From an uncultured Solirubrobacterales bacterium (lineage in GTDB: Bacteria > Actinomycetota > Thermoleophilia > Solirubrobacterales > Solirubrobacteraceae), in contig CAWCYH010000006.1 in NCBI GenBank assembly GCA_963799745.1, positions 68,047 to 132,046 of the forward strand: DNA of 64,000 nucleotides. The letters are read 5' to 3'. Position numbers and translations under genes: made by a program. Within the stretch, counting starts at the first letter, position 1, and the number at the start of each line of letters is the position of its first letter. Under the pieces are notes generated by a model, which worked only from the letters and a program-made list of their open reading frames with translations, ran no database searches and was not told where the DNA came from. Positions 17,078 through 25,857 of this stretch are shown here, piece by piece.

Positions 17078-17698
17078 TTGGCCGCGATGGTGTCGCGCTC
17101 TGACCGCCGGTCGGTGATTCGCGCGCTGGTGCAAGTTGCGTTGCTGCCGCCCGCGGCATTCGCGGTGCATCAATTGCGGTACCTGTTGGCGTTCGGGGGG
17201 AGCGCGGGAGTTGAGCTGCAGCGCACCGGCCATTCGTACCTGCATTCGCTGGTGCCATGGCTCGTGCTGCTGATCGGACTGGCGGCCGGGGCGTTCTTGC
17301 GGGCCTTGGGTCGGGCGTTCGCCGGCCACACTTCGGCTCCGCGTTACACGCTCTCGCTGGCGGGACTGTGGTTGGCCTGCTCCGCCTGCCTGGTCGCGAT
17401 CTTCGTGTGCCAGGAGTTCCTGGAGGGGTTGTTCGCGACCGGCCACCCGGCGGGGCTGGCCGGGATCTTCGGTTACGGCGGATGGTGGTCGATCCCCGCT
17501 GCGCTGTGTGTCGGCCTGGTTCTCGCCGCGGTATTCCACGGCGCCCGCTGGATGCTCGGAGAGGTCGCGCAACGCCGCGCTCGCGCGGTTTCGATCTGCG
17601 CCGGGCCGGCGCTCGTGGTGCTACGCCCCCGCGATGCGCTGGTGGCGCGTTTGGCGCCGCTGGTCGGGGGCTGGTCGGGTCGAGGTCCGCCGGCGTGA
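17078..17698 (+). CDS. Membrane protein of unknown function
   Basis: 206-aa ORF with 4-5 hydrophobic helices (VIRALVQVALLPPAAFAV, LVPWLVLLIGLAAGAFL, LAGLWLACSACLVAIFV, WWSIPAALCVGLVLAAVF). Start is uncertain (TTG 17078 or ATG 17087). Confidence 0.55.
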   Translation: MAAMVSRSDRRSVIRALVQVALLPPAAFAVHQLRYLLAFGGSAGVELQRTGHSYLHSLVPWLVLLIGLAAGAFLRALGRAFAGHTSAPRYTLSLAGLWLACSACLVAIFVCQEFLEGLFATGHPAGLAGIFGYGGWWSIPAALCVGLVLAAVFHGARWMLGEVAQRRARAVSICAGPALVVLRPRDALVARLAPLVGGWSGRGPPA

Positions 17699-17892
17699 GC
17701 TGACGGCGCGCGGCCTCGTCGGGTTCTGAGGCTCGCGTCGGTCTTGCTGTTCCAGAGGCTGCATTCGGCCCGAGGTCGATGAGCGTGGCTGGGTCGTCGC
17801 TTTCCGGCGATGACGTCGGCGACGTCAATGAGTGCTCGTAGCCGCTCGCCCCTGGAGCGCCGCATACACCCCCTATCCACAGGAGTTATGAG

Positions 17893-18735
17893 ATGAGTAC
17901 GAGTGCCGCGGATCCGCGAGCGCCGACTGTCACCGGCGCCTCGCCGGGGTCGCTCACGTCGAGTGCCCGGGCGTATTTCGCCTCCGACACCGCCCGCACG
18001 ATCCAGACCGCGTTGGGACTGATCTGGCTGCTGGACGGAGCGCTGCAGTTCCAGTCGTTCATGTACGGGAAGGGCTTCATCCAGTTGCTGACCGGCCTGA
18101 CCGCCGGTCAGCCGCACTGGATCTCGAGCAGCGTGACCTGGGGCGCGAACACGCTCCAGGGTCACCAGACGTTGTTCAACACAGGGGCCGCGCTGGTTCA
18201 GGTCGCGATCGGGCTGGGGCTGCTGTATCGCCCCGCGGTCAAGCCCGCGCTGGCGGTGTCGTTCGGTTGGGTGCTGGTCGTGTGGTGGTTCGGCGAGGCG
18301 TTCGGGATGATGTTCATGACGTCGATGAACACGGGAGGCGCGACTCCCGCGCCGATGGCCAGCCCCCTCACGGGCGCTCCCGGCGCGGTGCTGTTGTACG
18401 CGATCATCGGGCTGATCGCGTGGCCGACCGGCCGGTCGGCTCGCGCCCGCCGGCACGGCAAGCCGCTGATGATCCGCCGCGACTTCAACACCGTCGACGG
18501 CGGTCAGGCGGGCCTTCACTTTGTCTCCGTGCAGCGGACCGTCGAGGACTTCATCACGACGAGAAACGCCATGAACGCAACTACCGCCCAGCTTCAGAAC
18601 CCAGCGATCACCGACACCGTCAACAACGGGATCAACGAGTTCATCTTCGTCCTCAGACGAGCCAACTACATCCTCCCATCACGCGCCGACCGCGCCTTCC
18701 CGCTCCTCCCCGGTCGGGCGGCCGCGGTCGCGTGA
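17893..18735 (+). CDS. Chimeric ORF: 4-5 TM membrane domain fused to a fragment resembling the C-terminus of a DyP-type peroxidase
   Basis: AGGAG lies before ATG 17893. Residues 30-185 are hydrophobic helices (ALGLIWLLDGALQF, AALVQVAIGLGLLY, ALAVSFGWVLVVWWFGEAFG). The tail LMIRRDFNTVDGGQAGLHFVSVQRTVEDF, NEFIFVLRRANYILP parallels the EfeB/DyP end (LMLRRGYSY, GLLFVCYQ, F, LEEYV, YFFALPG). Confidence 0.6.
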   Translation: MSTSAADPRAPTVTGASPGSLTSSARAYFASDTARTIQTALGLIWLLDGALQFQSFMYGKGFIQLLTGLTAGQPHWISSSVTWGANTLQGHQTLFNTGAALVQVAIGLGLLYRPAVKPALAVSFGWVLVVWWFGEAFGMMFMTSMNTGGATPAPMASPLTGAPGAVLLYAIIGLIAWPTGRSARARRHGKPLMIRRDFNTVDGGQAGLHFVSVQRTVEDFITTRNAMNATTAQLQNPAITDTVNNGINEFIFVLRRANYILPSRADRAFPLLPGRAAAVA

Positions 18736-18755
18736 GACGACACCACCAGGCAGAA

Positions 18756-19415
18756 ATGAAACTGAACCGGAAACTGCTCGCTCTGGCCACGCTTGCCCCG
18801 GTCGTCCTGATCGCGGCGGCCGTCGCGCTCACAGTGCACACCAGCGGCGCTGGCGCGCCGGCCGCGGAAACCCCGTCGGCTGGCTCCGGTCCGTTCCTGA
18901 CCGCCAGCGCGATCCCCCAAGGCCTCGCCAACCGGCCAGTACCGCGATTCGACCTCGCCGACGCCCGGGGCGGGACCCTCTCCACGGCGGCGCTGCGCGG
19001 CCGGCCGTATGCGCTCACGTTCCTCTACGTCCACTGCGTCAACGTCTGCCCCCTGATCGGCAGCGAGATCCAGCAGGCGCTGGCCGAGCTCCACTCGCAA
19101 GCCCGCGCCATGAACGTCGTCGCCGTGTCGGTCGACCCGCGCGGCGATACCCGTGAGGCCGTCCTGCGATGGCTCTCGCTCCACCGCGAGCCCAGCAACT
19201 TCCACTACCTGATCGGCTCCGAGCGAAAGCTCGCGCCGATCTGGAAAGCGTTCTACGTCTCGCCACAGATCCCCGGCGACCCGCAAAGCAGCCACACCGC
19301 GATCATCTGGCTGATCAACCGCCGCGGGCGGCTCGCGGCGCTGGTCCCCGCCGGCCTCCCGATCCCGGTCGGCAACCTCGCCCACGACCTACGGGTTTTG
19401 ATCGACCAGGACTGA
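18756..19415 (+). CDS. SCO1/SenC family copper chaperone (thioredoxin fold)
   Basis: ATG 18756, signal/anchor LLALATLAPVVLIAAAVAL, metal site FLYVHCVNVCPLIG (CxxxC) and conserved His in SSHTAIIWLINRRG. Confidence 0.88.
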   Translation: MKLNRKLLALATLAPVVLIAAAVALTVHTSGAGAPAAETPSAGSGPFLTASAIPQGLANRPVPRFDLADARGGTLSTAALRGRPYALTFLYVHCVNVCPLIGSEIQQALAELHSQARAMNVVAVSVDPRGDTREAVLRWLSLHREPSNFHYLIGSERKLAPIWKAFYVSPQIPGDPQSSHTAIIWLINRRGRLAALVPAGLPIPVGNLAHDLRVLIDQD

Positions 19416-19439
19416 GCGCCCCGGGCCCGCGCTGGGCCA

Positions 19440-19486
19440 AACTTTGGCGTTTTGGTTCCGCCCCCCGGAACCAGAACGCCAAAGTT
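19440..19486. repeat. 47-nt palindromic repeat element, copy 1
   Basis: AACTTTGGCGTTTTGGTTCCGCCCCCCGGAACCAGAACGCCAAAGTT forms a ~21-bp stem with one T:G pair and a C-rich loop. It is identical to 25419-25465. Shared flanks extend the similarity to 19425-19492. Confidence 0.9.
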
Positions 19487-19529
19487 CGCGGCTCGAACGA
19501 TCCACCGACCCGCGGCGACCCGTGACCTG

Positions 19530-19760
19530 CTAGCCCCGCGGCTCCACCACCGCCAGGCCGTCGGCGAAGACCGGCTCGACACCGCGGGGGACGAGCACGG
19601 CCTCCGTCTCGCCGAACAACACCTCGGTGACGAACCCCCGCACGCCGGTAGACCCGCGCCGAGCCGCCCGTCGGCGTATCTCAAGCCGGAGCGGCCTGCG
19701 CGCACGGGATGACCGATCGAAGCCCCGGCGGACTAGTACGCCTGATGTCAGTTCCATCAT
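19530..19760 (-). CDS. Possible small ORF translationally coupled to the MFS gene (very uncertain)
   Basis: Its ATG overlaps the MFS stop (ATGA). The C-terminal half (GFVTEVLFGETEAVLVPRGVEPVFADGLAVVEPRG) has good GC3. The N-terminal half is Arg-rich with poor codon usage. No family recognised. Confidence 0.25.
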   Translation of the reverse strand: MMELTSGVLVRRGFDRSSRARRPLRLEIRRRAARRGSTGVRGFVTEVLFGETEAVLVPRGVEPVFADGLAVVEPRG

Positions 19761-21256
19761 GCTGCCTCCGTTTCGTATGCGACCGGCTGTTCCCGTCCCA
19801 GCGGGATCGGTTCAGCCTCAACAACTTCAGCCTGCGGCCGCGCCGGCCCTCGCAACAGCAGCAGCGCGATCAGCGCTCCGGCGCCGACCGCCCCGGCCCC
19901 GATCGCCCAGGCCAGGTGAAAGCCGCCGGTGAGGGCCTGCAGGTGGTGCTGCCCGAGACCGGCCAGCACCTTGGTGCGCTCGGCCGCGACCGTCCCCAGC
20001 GCCGCGATCCCGATCGCCGCCGAGATCTGCAACGAGGCGTTGACGATGCCCGACGCCAGGCCGGCGTCCGCGGGCGGCACGTCCGCCATCGCGATCGTCG
20101 TCAGCGGCAGGAACGACAGCCCCGCCCCGAGCCCAAGCAGAGCGAACGGCCCGAAGATATCCGGGAAGTAGCTCGTGTGGGCGGGCAGGTGGGACAACAG
20201 CAGCAGCGCGCCGGTAATCGCGGTCAACCCGACGAGCAGAACCTGCACCGGCCCGAAGCGCTGCATCAGCCGTGCCGTGACCCCCAGCGAGAACACGCCG
20301 AGGACCAGCGTGAGCGGCAAAAAGGCAAGGCCGGTCAGCAGCGCCCCGTAACCATGCACATGCTGGAGGTAGAGCACGCCGAGCAGGAACGTCGAGAACA
20401 TCCCGGTGACCAGGAAGCCCCGTACCACGCTCGAGGCGGCGAGACCCGGGACGCGGAGGATCCGCAGCGGGAACATCGGGTGCGCGAGCCGCGACTCGAC
20501 GGCCACGAACACCGCCAGCAGCGCCAGCGACGCGCCGCCGAAGCCGAGCGTATGCGCCGAGATCCAGCCGTAGTTGGTGACCTTGACGATCGCATACACG
20601 CCCAGCATCAGCGCGACCGTGACCAGCAGCGAGCCGAGCCAGTCGACACCCTGGCCGAGGCCCGGACGCTCGGTCTCATTGATCAGGATGCGCCCGAGCG
20701 TGAACGCGATGATCCCGATCGGCACGTTGATGAAAAAGATCCAGTGCCAGCTGACCGACTGCGTGAGTACGCCGCCGGCGAGCAGCCCGATCGAGCCGCC
20801 GCTCGAGATGATGAAGGTGTAGACGCTCAGCGCGATCGCACGTTCAGACGGCTGCGGGAACTCGGTGACCAGGAGGGCCAGTACGGCGGCCGACGCCACC
20901 GCGCCGCCGACGCCCTGCACGAACCGCGCGACGATCAGCACCAGCTGGCTGTCGGCCATCCCGCAAGCCACCGAGGCAAGGGTGAACATCACCAGCCCGG
21001 TCAGGAACATCCGCTTGCGCCCGAGCAGATCGCCGAGGCGCCCCGCGAGGAGCAGAAAGCTGCCGAACGCGATCATGTACGCGTCCACGACCCAGGCCAG
21101 GTTCGCCTGCGAGAAGCCGAGGTCGCGCTGCATCGAGGGCAGGGCGACATTCACGATCGTCGCGTCCAGGACCATCATCAGCTGGCCGAGGCACACGACC
21201 GCCAGCGTGATCCACCGCCGGCGCTCTCCGTTGATTAGACGCTGAATAGTGATCAT
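19757..21256 (-). CDS. MFS transporter, DHA2 (EmrB/QacA-like, 14-TMS) drug:H+ antiporter family
   Basis: Start MITIQRLINGERRRWITLAVVCLGQLMMVLDATIVNVALPSMQRDLGFS, WVVDAYM and LAGRLGDLLGRKRMFL (motif A), with about 14 hydrophobic segments. GGGGAGGGG lies immediately upstream of ATG 21256. Confidence 0.9.
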   Translation of the reverse strand: MITIQRLINGERRRWITLAVVCLGQLMMVLDATIVNVALPSMQRDLGFSQANLAWVVDAYMIAFGSFLLLAGRLGDLLGRKRMFLTGLVMFTLASVACGMADSQLVLIVARFVQGVGGAVASAAVLALLVTEFPQPSERAIALSVYTFIISSGGSIGLLAGGVLTQSVSWHWIFFINVPIGIIAFTLGRILINETERPGLGQGVDWLGSLLVTVALMLGVYAIVKVTNYGWISAHTLGFGGASLALLAVFVAVESRLAHPMFPLRILRVPGLAASSVVRGFLVTGMFSTFLLGVLYLQHVHGYGALLTGLAFLPLTLVLGVFSLGVTARLMQRFGPVQVLLVGLTAITGALLLLSHLPAHTSYFPDIFGPFALLGLGAGLSFLPLTTIAMADVPPADAGLASGIVNASLQISAAIGIAALGTVAAERTKVLAGLGQHHLQALTGGFHLAWAIGAGAVGAGALIALLLLRGPARPQAEVVEAEPIPLGREQPVAYETEAA

Positions 21257-21352
21257 CCCCTCCCCATAGCTCGTCGTTGTTTGTGGGATCATCACCATAC
21301 CAGGTACTATCATCAATTGCATGATCCTCATCCTGATAACCTGCAAGCCGCG
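21257..21352. promoter_or_regulatory. Divergent MFS / MarR promoter-operator region
   Basis: AT-richer 96-bp spacer containing the inverted repeat ATCAT-CAATTGC-ATGAT (21309-21325) and the 9-bp palindrome TACCAGGTA. This is the typical layout for MarR autoregulation of an adjacent efflux gene. Confidence 0.5.
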
Positions 21353-21775
21353 ATGGCCGTAGACACCTCACCCGGAACGGTGGTGATGCTCGTGCGGCTG
21401 GCGAAGACGATCCACAAGCGCAGCACCGAAGAGCTGCTCGGCATGACGGTCCGGCAGCTGATGCTGCTGAGCTACCTGCGGGCAGGTGCCCCGGCTCTCC
21501 AGCAGCAGCTGTGTGAGTCCATGTGGCTCGATCCCAACAACGGCGTGCTGCTGCTCAACGAGCTCGAGGAGATGGGCTACGTCGAGCGCCGCCGGGACCC
21601 CACCGACCGGCGCCGGCACATGGTCGACATCACCGACGAAGGGCGCGCCGCCCTCGAGCGTGGAGAGCGCGCCCAGGAGAGCCTCGAGGACCAGATCCTG
21701 GCCCGGCTGAGCGACCAGGAGCGGGCGACACTGCGCTCACTGCTGAGCCGCGCACTCGAGCAGCCTCTGACCTGA
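21353..21775 (+). CDS. MarR family transcriptional regulator
   Basis: Winged-helix region RQLMLLSYLRAGAPALQQQLCESMWLDPNNGVLLLNELEEMGYVERRRDPTDRRRHMVDITDEGRAAL. Confidence 0.88.
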   Translation: MAVDTSPGTVVMLVRLAKTIHKRSTEELLGMTVRQLMLLSYLRAGAPALQQQLCESMWLDPNNGVLLLNELEEMGYVERRRDPTDRRRHMVDITDEGRAALERGERAQESLEDQILARLSDQERATLRSLLSRALEQPLT

Positions 21776-21839
21776 GGCAAGCCCGACAACCGCCTTCCGG
21801 CGGTCTCCCGACGCGCGGGAAGGGACGCCGGCGTGGGCT

Positions 21840-23669
21840 ATGCTCGCATCCCGCATGCTCTGCCGCCGCGGATTCAGGACGATGTGGTTGGCGGGGATCG
21901 CAGCTGCGGTCCTGGTTGGATCGCTGGCGGCTTCCGCGGCCGCCGAGAGCACGACCGTCACGTCGTTTGACGGCACGCGGATCCATGTGAACTTCTTCCC
22001 CGCACCGGGCCTGAAGCCTGGGCGGCGGGCGGCGACGATGATGCTGGGGCCGGGCTGGAGCCAGCCGGGGGACACCGACACCAACGACGCGCTCGACCCC
22101 ACCACGGGCATTCCCGGAGTCGGGACGCTGCTGTCCGCGGGCTTCAACGTGGTCACCTGGGATCCGCGCGGGTTCGGTCAATCGGGCGGCACGGCCGAGG
22201 TTGACAGCCCGCGTTACGAGGGACGGGATGTCTCGGCGATCATCACCTGGCTGGCGCATCAGCCGCAGGCGCTGCTGGACCGCCGTAACGATCCACGGGT
22301 GGGGATGGCGGGCGGCTCCTATGGGGGTGGCATTCAGCTCGTCTCGGCCGCGATCGACCCCCGCATCGATGCGGTCGTGCCGGACATCGCGTGGCATTCG
22401 CTGGTCACGAGTCTCTACAAGAACGACACCTTCAAAATGGGATGGAACAGCGAGCTGTACGGTCTTGGAAAGGCCTTGGGGCGACTTGACCCAATGATCG
22501 ACTCCTCGTTTGCGGCGGGGCTGGCGGGTGAGCCGCTGACCCCGGCCGAGATCAGCTTCTACGCCACGCGCGGGCCAGGTGACCTGGTCGGCCGGATCCA
22601 CATCCCGACCTTGCTGGTGCAAGGGACGGTCGACAACCTGTTCACGCTTCAGGAGGCAATCGAGAACTACGAGATCCTGCGGCGCGACGGCGTGCCCGTC
22701 AGCATGTTGTGGTTCTGCGGCGGGCACGGGATTTGCATCACCAATCCCGGCGATGAGCGGCTGCTGACCAGAGACACGCTCGCTTGGCTTGACCGCTACC
22801 TCCTGCGTGAAAAGCACGTGAGCACCGGCCCGATCTTCGAGTGGGTGGACCAGAATGGCGTCGAGCACACCGGACCCGATTACCCGCTCGCCCCGGGAGC
22901 GCCGCTCACCGCCCACGGCTCCGGGACCCTGCCCATCATGCAGGCCGGGGGCGCCGGACCAGTTACGCAGCCCTCCACCGTGCACGCGCCCAGCGGAGCG
23001 TCGCTGGCCTCGCTCGCCGGCCCGATCGCGCCGGCCAAGGCGTCCAACGCGGTGAACGTCACAATTCCCGCCCCGCGGCGCACGCGGTACGTGGTCGGCG
23101 CGCCGAAACTGACCTTCACCTACAGGGGCGTCGGGGGCGCCGATCATCTCCAGTCAACCTCGATCTATGCGCAAATGCTGGACGATGCGAGCGGATATGT
23201 GCTGAATAACCAGATCACCCCCATCCGGGTGGCCCTCGACGGGGCAACCCACACGGTGTCGCTGCCACTCGAGGTCCTATCCGCGACCGATCACCCCGGC
23301 GAGACCTTCACCCTCCAGCTGGTCGCGAGCACCACGACCTATCAGGCCCAGCGGGCCGCCGGCGAGATCACGTTCTCCAAGATCCACATCGTGCTTCCCA
23401 CGGTCGACCCAAATGCGCCGCCGCCCGGGTATGGAGCGATCGCACCTAATGGGTGCACGGACGGAGGCATCATCGCGCTGCACCTGCCGCCAGGAACGGA
23501 GGGCTCCAGAGCGATGCTCGGCAAGCGAGTGATCGCACGTGGTGGCCGGCGCAAGTTGACGATCCGGCTGATTGGCCTCGGCACCAGGACGGTCCGGATC
23601 AAGATCGTCGTTGTACAGCAGGGCGAGCGCACGCGAACGTTCTTCAGGCGTCTGCGGGCCTGCCCGTAA
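21840..23669 (+). CDS. Secreted alpha/beta hydrolase of the CocE/NonD / X-Pro dipeptidyl-peptidase (S15) type
   Basis: Signal peptide (MWLAGIAAAVLVGSLAASAAA), SFDGTRIHVNFFP, GFNVVTWDPRGFGQSGG, nucleophile elbow GMAGGSYGGG and a C-terminal beta-sandwich-like region. Confidence 0.8.
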   Translation: MLASRMLCRRGFRTMWLAGIAAAVLVGSLAASAAAESTTVTSFDGTRIHVNFFPAPGLKPGRRAATMMLGPGWSQPGDTDTNDALDPTTGIPGVGTLLSAGFNVVTWDPRGFGQSGGTAEVDSPRYEGRDVSAIITWLAHQPQALLDRRNDPRVGMAGGSYGGGIQLVSAAIDPRIDAVVPDIAWHSLVTSLYKNDTFKMGWNSELYGLGKALGRLDPMIDSSFAAGLAGEPLTPAEISFYATRGPGDLVGRIHIPTLLVQGTVDNLFTLQEAIENYEILRRDGVPVSMLWFCGGHGICITNPGDERLLTRDTLAWLDRYLLREKHVSTGPIFEWVDQNGVEHTGPDYPLAPGAPLTAHGSGTLPIMQAGGAGPVTQPSTVHAPSGASLASLAGPIAPAKASNAVNVTIPAPRRTRYVVGAPKLTFTYRGVGGADHLQSTSIYAQMLDDASGYVLNNQITPIRVALDGATHTVSLPLEVLSATDHPGETFTLQLVASTTTYQAQRAAGEITFSKIHIVLPTVDPNAPPPGYGAIAPNGCTDGGIIALHLPPGTEGSRAMLGKRVIARGGRRKLTIRLIGLGTRTVRIKIVVVQQGERTRTFFRRLRACP

Positions 23670-23727
23670 GCGGGTCGGGTCGAGCTGACATGCGCCGGCG
23701 ACGCGCCGCGTAACCGTGCCCCGGCGG

Positions 23728-24483
23728 TTACGGGAGCCGCTGCCAGACGAACAGTTCGCATACGTATGACAGCGCGATCGGGTTCGGATGATCTTTGACG
23801 AGCGCTCGAATCTGGTCGAGCACGTGAGCGCGGCGGCGGCCGTCCAGCTTGGCGATGAAGCTGGTCGAGGCCACGCGCGCGACGACGCCCTCACGGTCGA
23901 GCAGTTGGACGTGCGAAAGCTCAGTCTCCTCCACTGCTGTCCAATGACGGGTCCGCGTGAACGCATCGCGCCATCGACCGCTGCGGTGGGCGGGCGTTTC
24001 ACGGCGCAGCGGCTGCAGGACCGCCTCGAGGGCGCTCTGCACGGGGTCTTCAAGGACGCGACGGTTGTACACAACCGCCAGTCGGGCGCCGCGGCGGGTG
24101 ACGCGATGGATCTCGGCCAGCGCCCGATCCCCGTCAAACCAATGAAACGCCTGCCCGACGGTCGCCGCGTCGATCGAAGCATCCTCCAGCGGGATGTCTT
24201 CGGCCACCCCGTCGAGCAGCTCGACGTCGGGCAGCGAGGCGGCCAGACGCTCGCGCATTCCGGCCACCGGCTCCACTGCCACGACCGAGGCGCCGTTCGC
24301 CGCGAGTACTCGGGTCAGCTTGCCGGTCCCCGCCGCGACGTCCAGGACTCTTCGGCCGGCGCGCAGATCCAGTCGCTGAGCCAGCCAGCGTCCCGCCTCG
24401 ACAGGATAGTCAGGCCGGGCGCGGTCGTAGTCGCCCGCAGCCATCTGGAAGCCTTCAGCCGAAGGATGGATGGCGGGTCGCAC
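23728..24483 (-). CDS. Class I SAM-dependent methyltransferase
   Basis: YDRARPDYP, motif I VLDVAAGTGKLTRVL, IDAATVGQAFHWFD. Confidence 0.85.
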   Translation of the reverse strand: MRPAIHPSAEGFQMAAGDYDRARPDYPVEAGRWLAQRLDLRAGRRVLDVAAGTGKLTRVLAANGASVVAVEPVAGMRERLAASLPDVELLDGVAEDIPLEDASIDAATVGQAFHWFDGDRALAEIHRVTRRGARLAVVYNRRVLEDPVQSALEAVLQPLRRETPAHRSGRWRDAFTRTRHWTAVEETELSHVQLLDREGVVARVASTSFIAKLDGRRRAHVLDQIRALVKDHPNPIALSYVCELFVWQRLP

Positions 24484-24488
24484 GCCCG

Positions 24489-25394
24489 TCAGGCCTTCCT
24501 AACACTCCAGATCAGGACGCCAGGCAGGCCGACGTACGCCTGCGCCGCCGCCTCGGGGAAGTGTTGGAAGGCACGGCGTTTAGTGCGCACCTGATCGTCG
24601 GTGAGCGAGAGTTCCAGACAGTCCCGCAGCTCAAGCCCCGCCACGCGGAAGGCTGCCAGGTAGTCGGCATGGCTGTGAGCGTGCTCGCGGATGAACCCTC
24701 GCTCTCCCTCGCCATCCACGAACGGAGCCTGCCAACCGAGGTGGGCCTGAAAGGGATGAAGCACCGAGATGACCAGCTGACCGTCGGGCCTGAGCACTCG
24801 AGCCAGCTCCCCGACAGCGGCACGCAGATCGGTGATATGGGAGAGCGCCAGGCCGCAAACGGCGAGATCGAATTGCCCGTCCACGGCGGGAATGGCGAGC
24901 AGATCGGCCTCCTGGAAGCGGGCCTCCGGGACGTTGACCGCCGCGCGCTCGAGCATCTGTGAGGTCAGATCAACGCCGAGCACATCAAAACCGAGCTCCA
25001 CGAGATACCGAGCATGCCGGCCGGTGCCGCAAGCGGCGTCAAGAGCCCGCCCCGGCGTGAGTGAATCGAGAAGCGACCAGACCGCCGGTTGCTCAAGAGC
25101 AATGATCGGATTGCCCGGAGCGTCGTAGGTCTCTGACCAAGCACCATACCCAGCGCGCGGGTCCGCTTCGCGGATCGGCTCGCCAGCCAGAAACACGTCC
25201 TCGTCGAGCACCCGACGAACTTCCCCGAGGCGCCGATCAGCGGCATCCTCGCTCCCGTCGTAGAGATGCCGAAGCAGGGCCAGCCCCTCCACACCGACTA
25301 GCAGCTCGCGAAGGCGGACATGGCGGGCCACGCCGGTCACCGTAGCGGCTCCGGCAACCGAAACCGAGGTGCGCTGATGCCATGTGTCTCGCAA
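24489..25394 (-). CDS. Class I SAM-dependent methyltransferase
   Basis: ALDAACGTGRHARYLVELGFDVLGVDLTSQML, FDLAVCGLALSHI and LRPDGQLVISVLHP. The start is uncertain and may lie downstream of 25394. Confidence 0.8.
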   Translation of the reverse strand: MRDTWHQRTSVSVAGAATVTGVARHVRLRELLVGVEGLALLRHLYDGSEDAADRRLGEVRRVLDEDVFLAGEPIREADPRAGYGAWSETYDAPGNPIIALEQPAVWSLLDSLTPGRALDAACGTGRHARYLVELGFDVLGVDLTSQMLERAAVNVPEARFQEADLLAIPAVDGQFDLAVCGLALSHITDLRAAVGELARVLRPDGQLVISVLHPFQAHLGWQAPFVDGEGERGFIREHAHSHADYLAAFRVAGLELRDCLELSLTDDQVRTKRRAFQHFPEAAAQAYVGLPGVLIWSVRKA

Positions 25395-25418
25395 CAGATC
25401 CCCAGCCCGCGTGGGGCG

Positions 25419-25465
25419 AACTTTGGCGTTTTGGTTCCGCCCCCCGGAACCAGAACGCCAAAGTT
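25419..25465. repeat. 47-nt palindromic repeat element, copy 2
   Basis: Identical to 19440-19486, with shared flanks 25405-25471. It sits between divergent start codons 25394 (-) and 25493 (+). Confidence 0.9.
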
Positions 25466-25492
25466 CGCGGCCGCAGCGTTATCGTGTCCACG

Positions 25493-25831
25493 ATGGGCAG
25501 CCGCCTGTCCCTGATTGAGTTTCCCGCCGACGACCCTGAGCGTGCGCGGCGCTTTTGGTCCGAGCTGCTCGGTGCAACGCTTGAGCCTCGCGCCGATGGC
25601 GAGGGGGAGGGTTGGCAGACGGGGCAGCAGGGTCCAGGGATCGGCGTCCACAGCCGAGGTCGCGGACCCGGAGACTCGTTCTCGTTGCCGTATTTCGCGG
25701 TCGGCGATCTCGACGCGGCGCTTGAGCAGGTCAGGAAGCTCGGCGGGAGCGTCGTTCACCCGGGAACGCAGTGGGCGATCTGCAAGGACTCTGAGGGGAG
25801 CCCGTTCGGCCTGGCACTGGACGCCTCCTGA
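25493..25831 (+). CDS. VOC (glyoxalase/bleomycin-resistance fold) family protein
   Basis: MGSRLSLIEFPADDPERARRFWSELLGATLE, YFAVGDLDAALEQVRKLGGSVV and DSEGSPFGL. Confidence 0.8.
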   Translation: MGSRLSLIEFPADDPERARRFWSELLGATLEPRADGEGEGWQTGQQGPGIGVHSRGRGPGDSFSLPYFAVGDLDAALEQVRKLGGSVVHPGTQWAICKDSEGSPFGLALDAS

Positions 25832-25857
25832 GTTGGTTCAGGTAGGAGTCACTCCCC

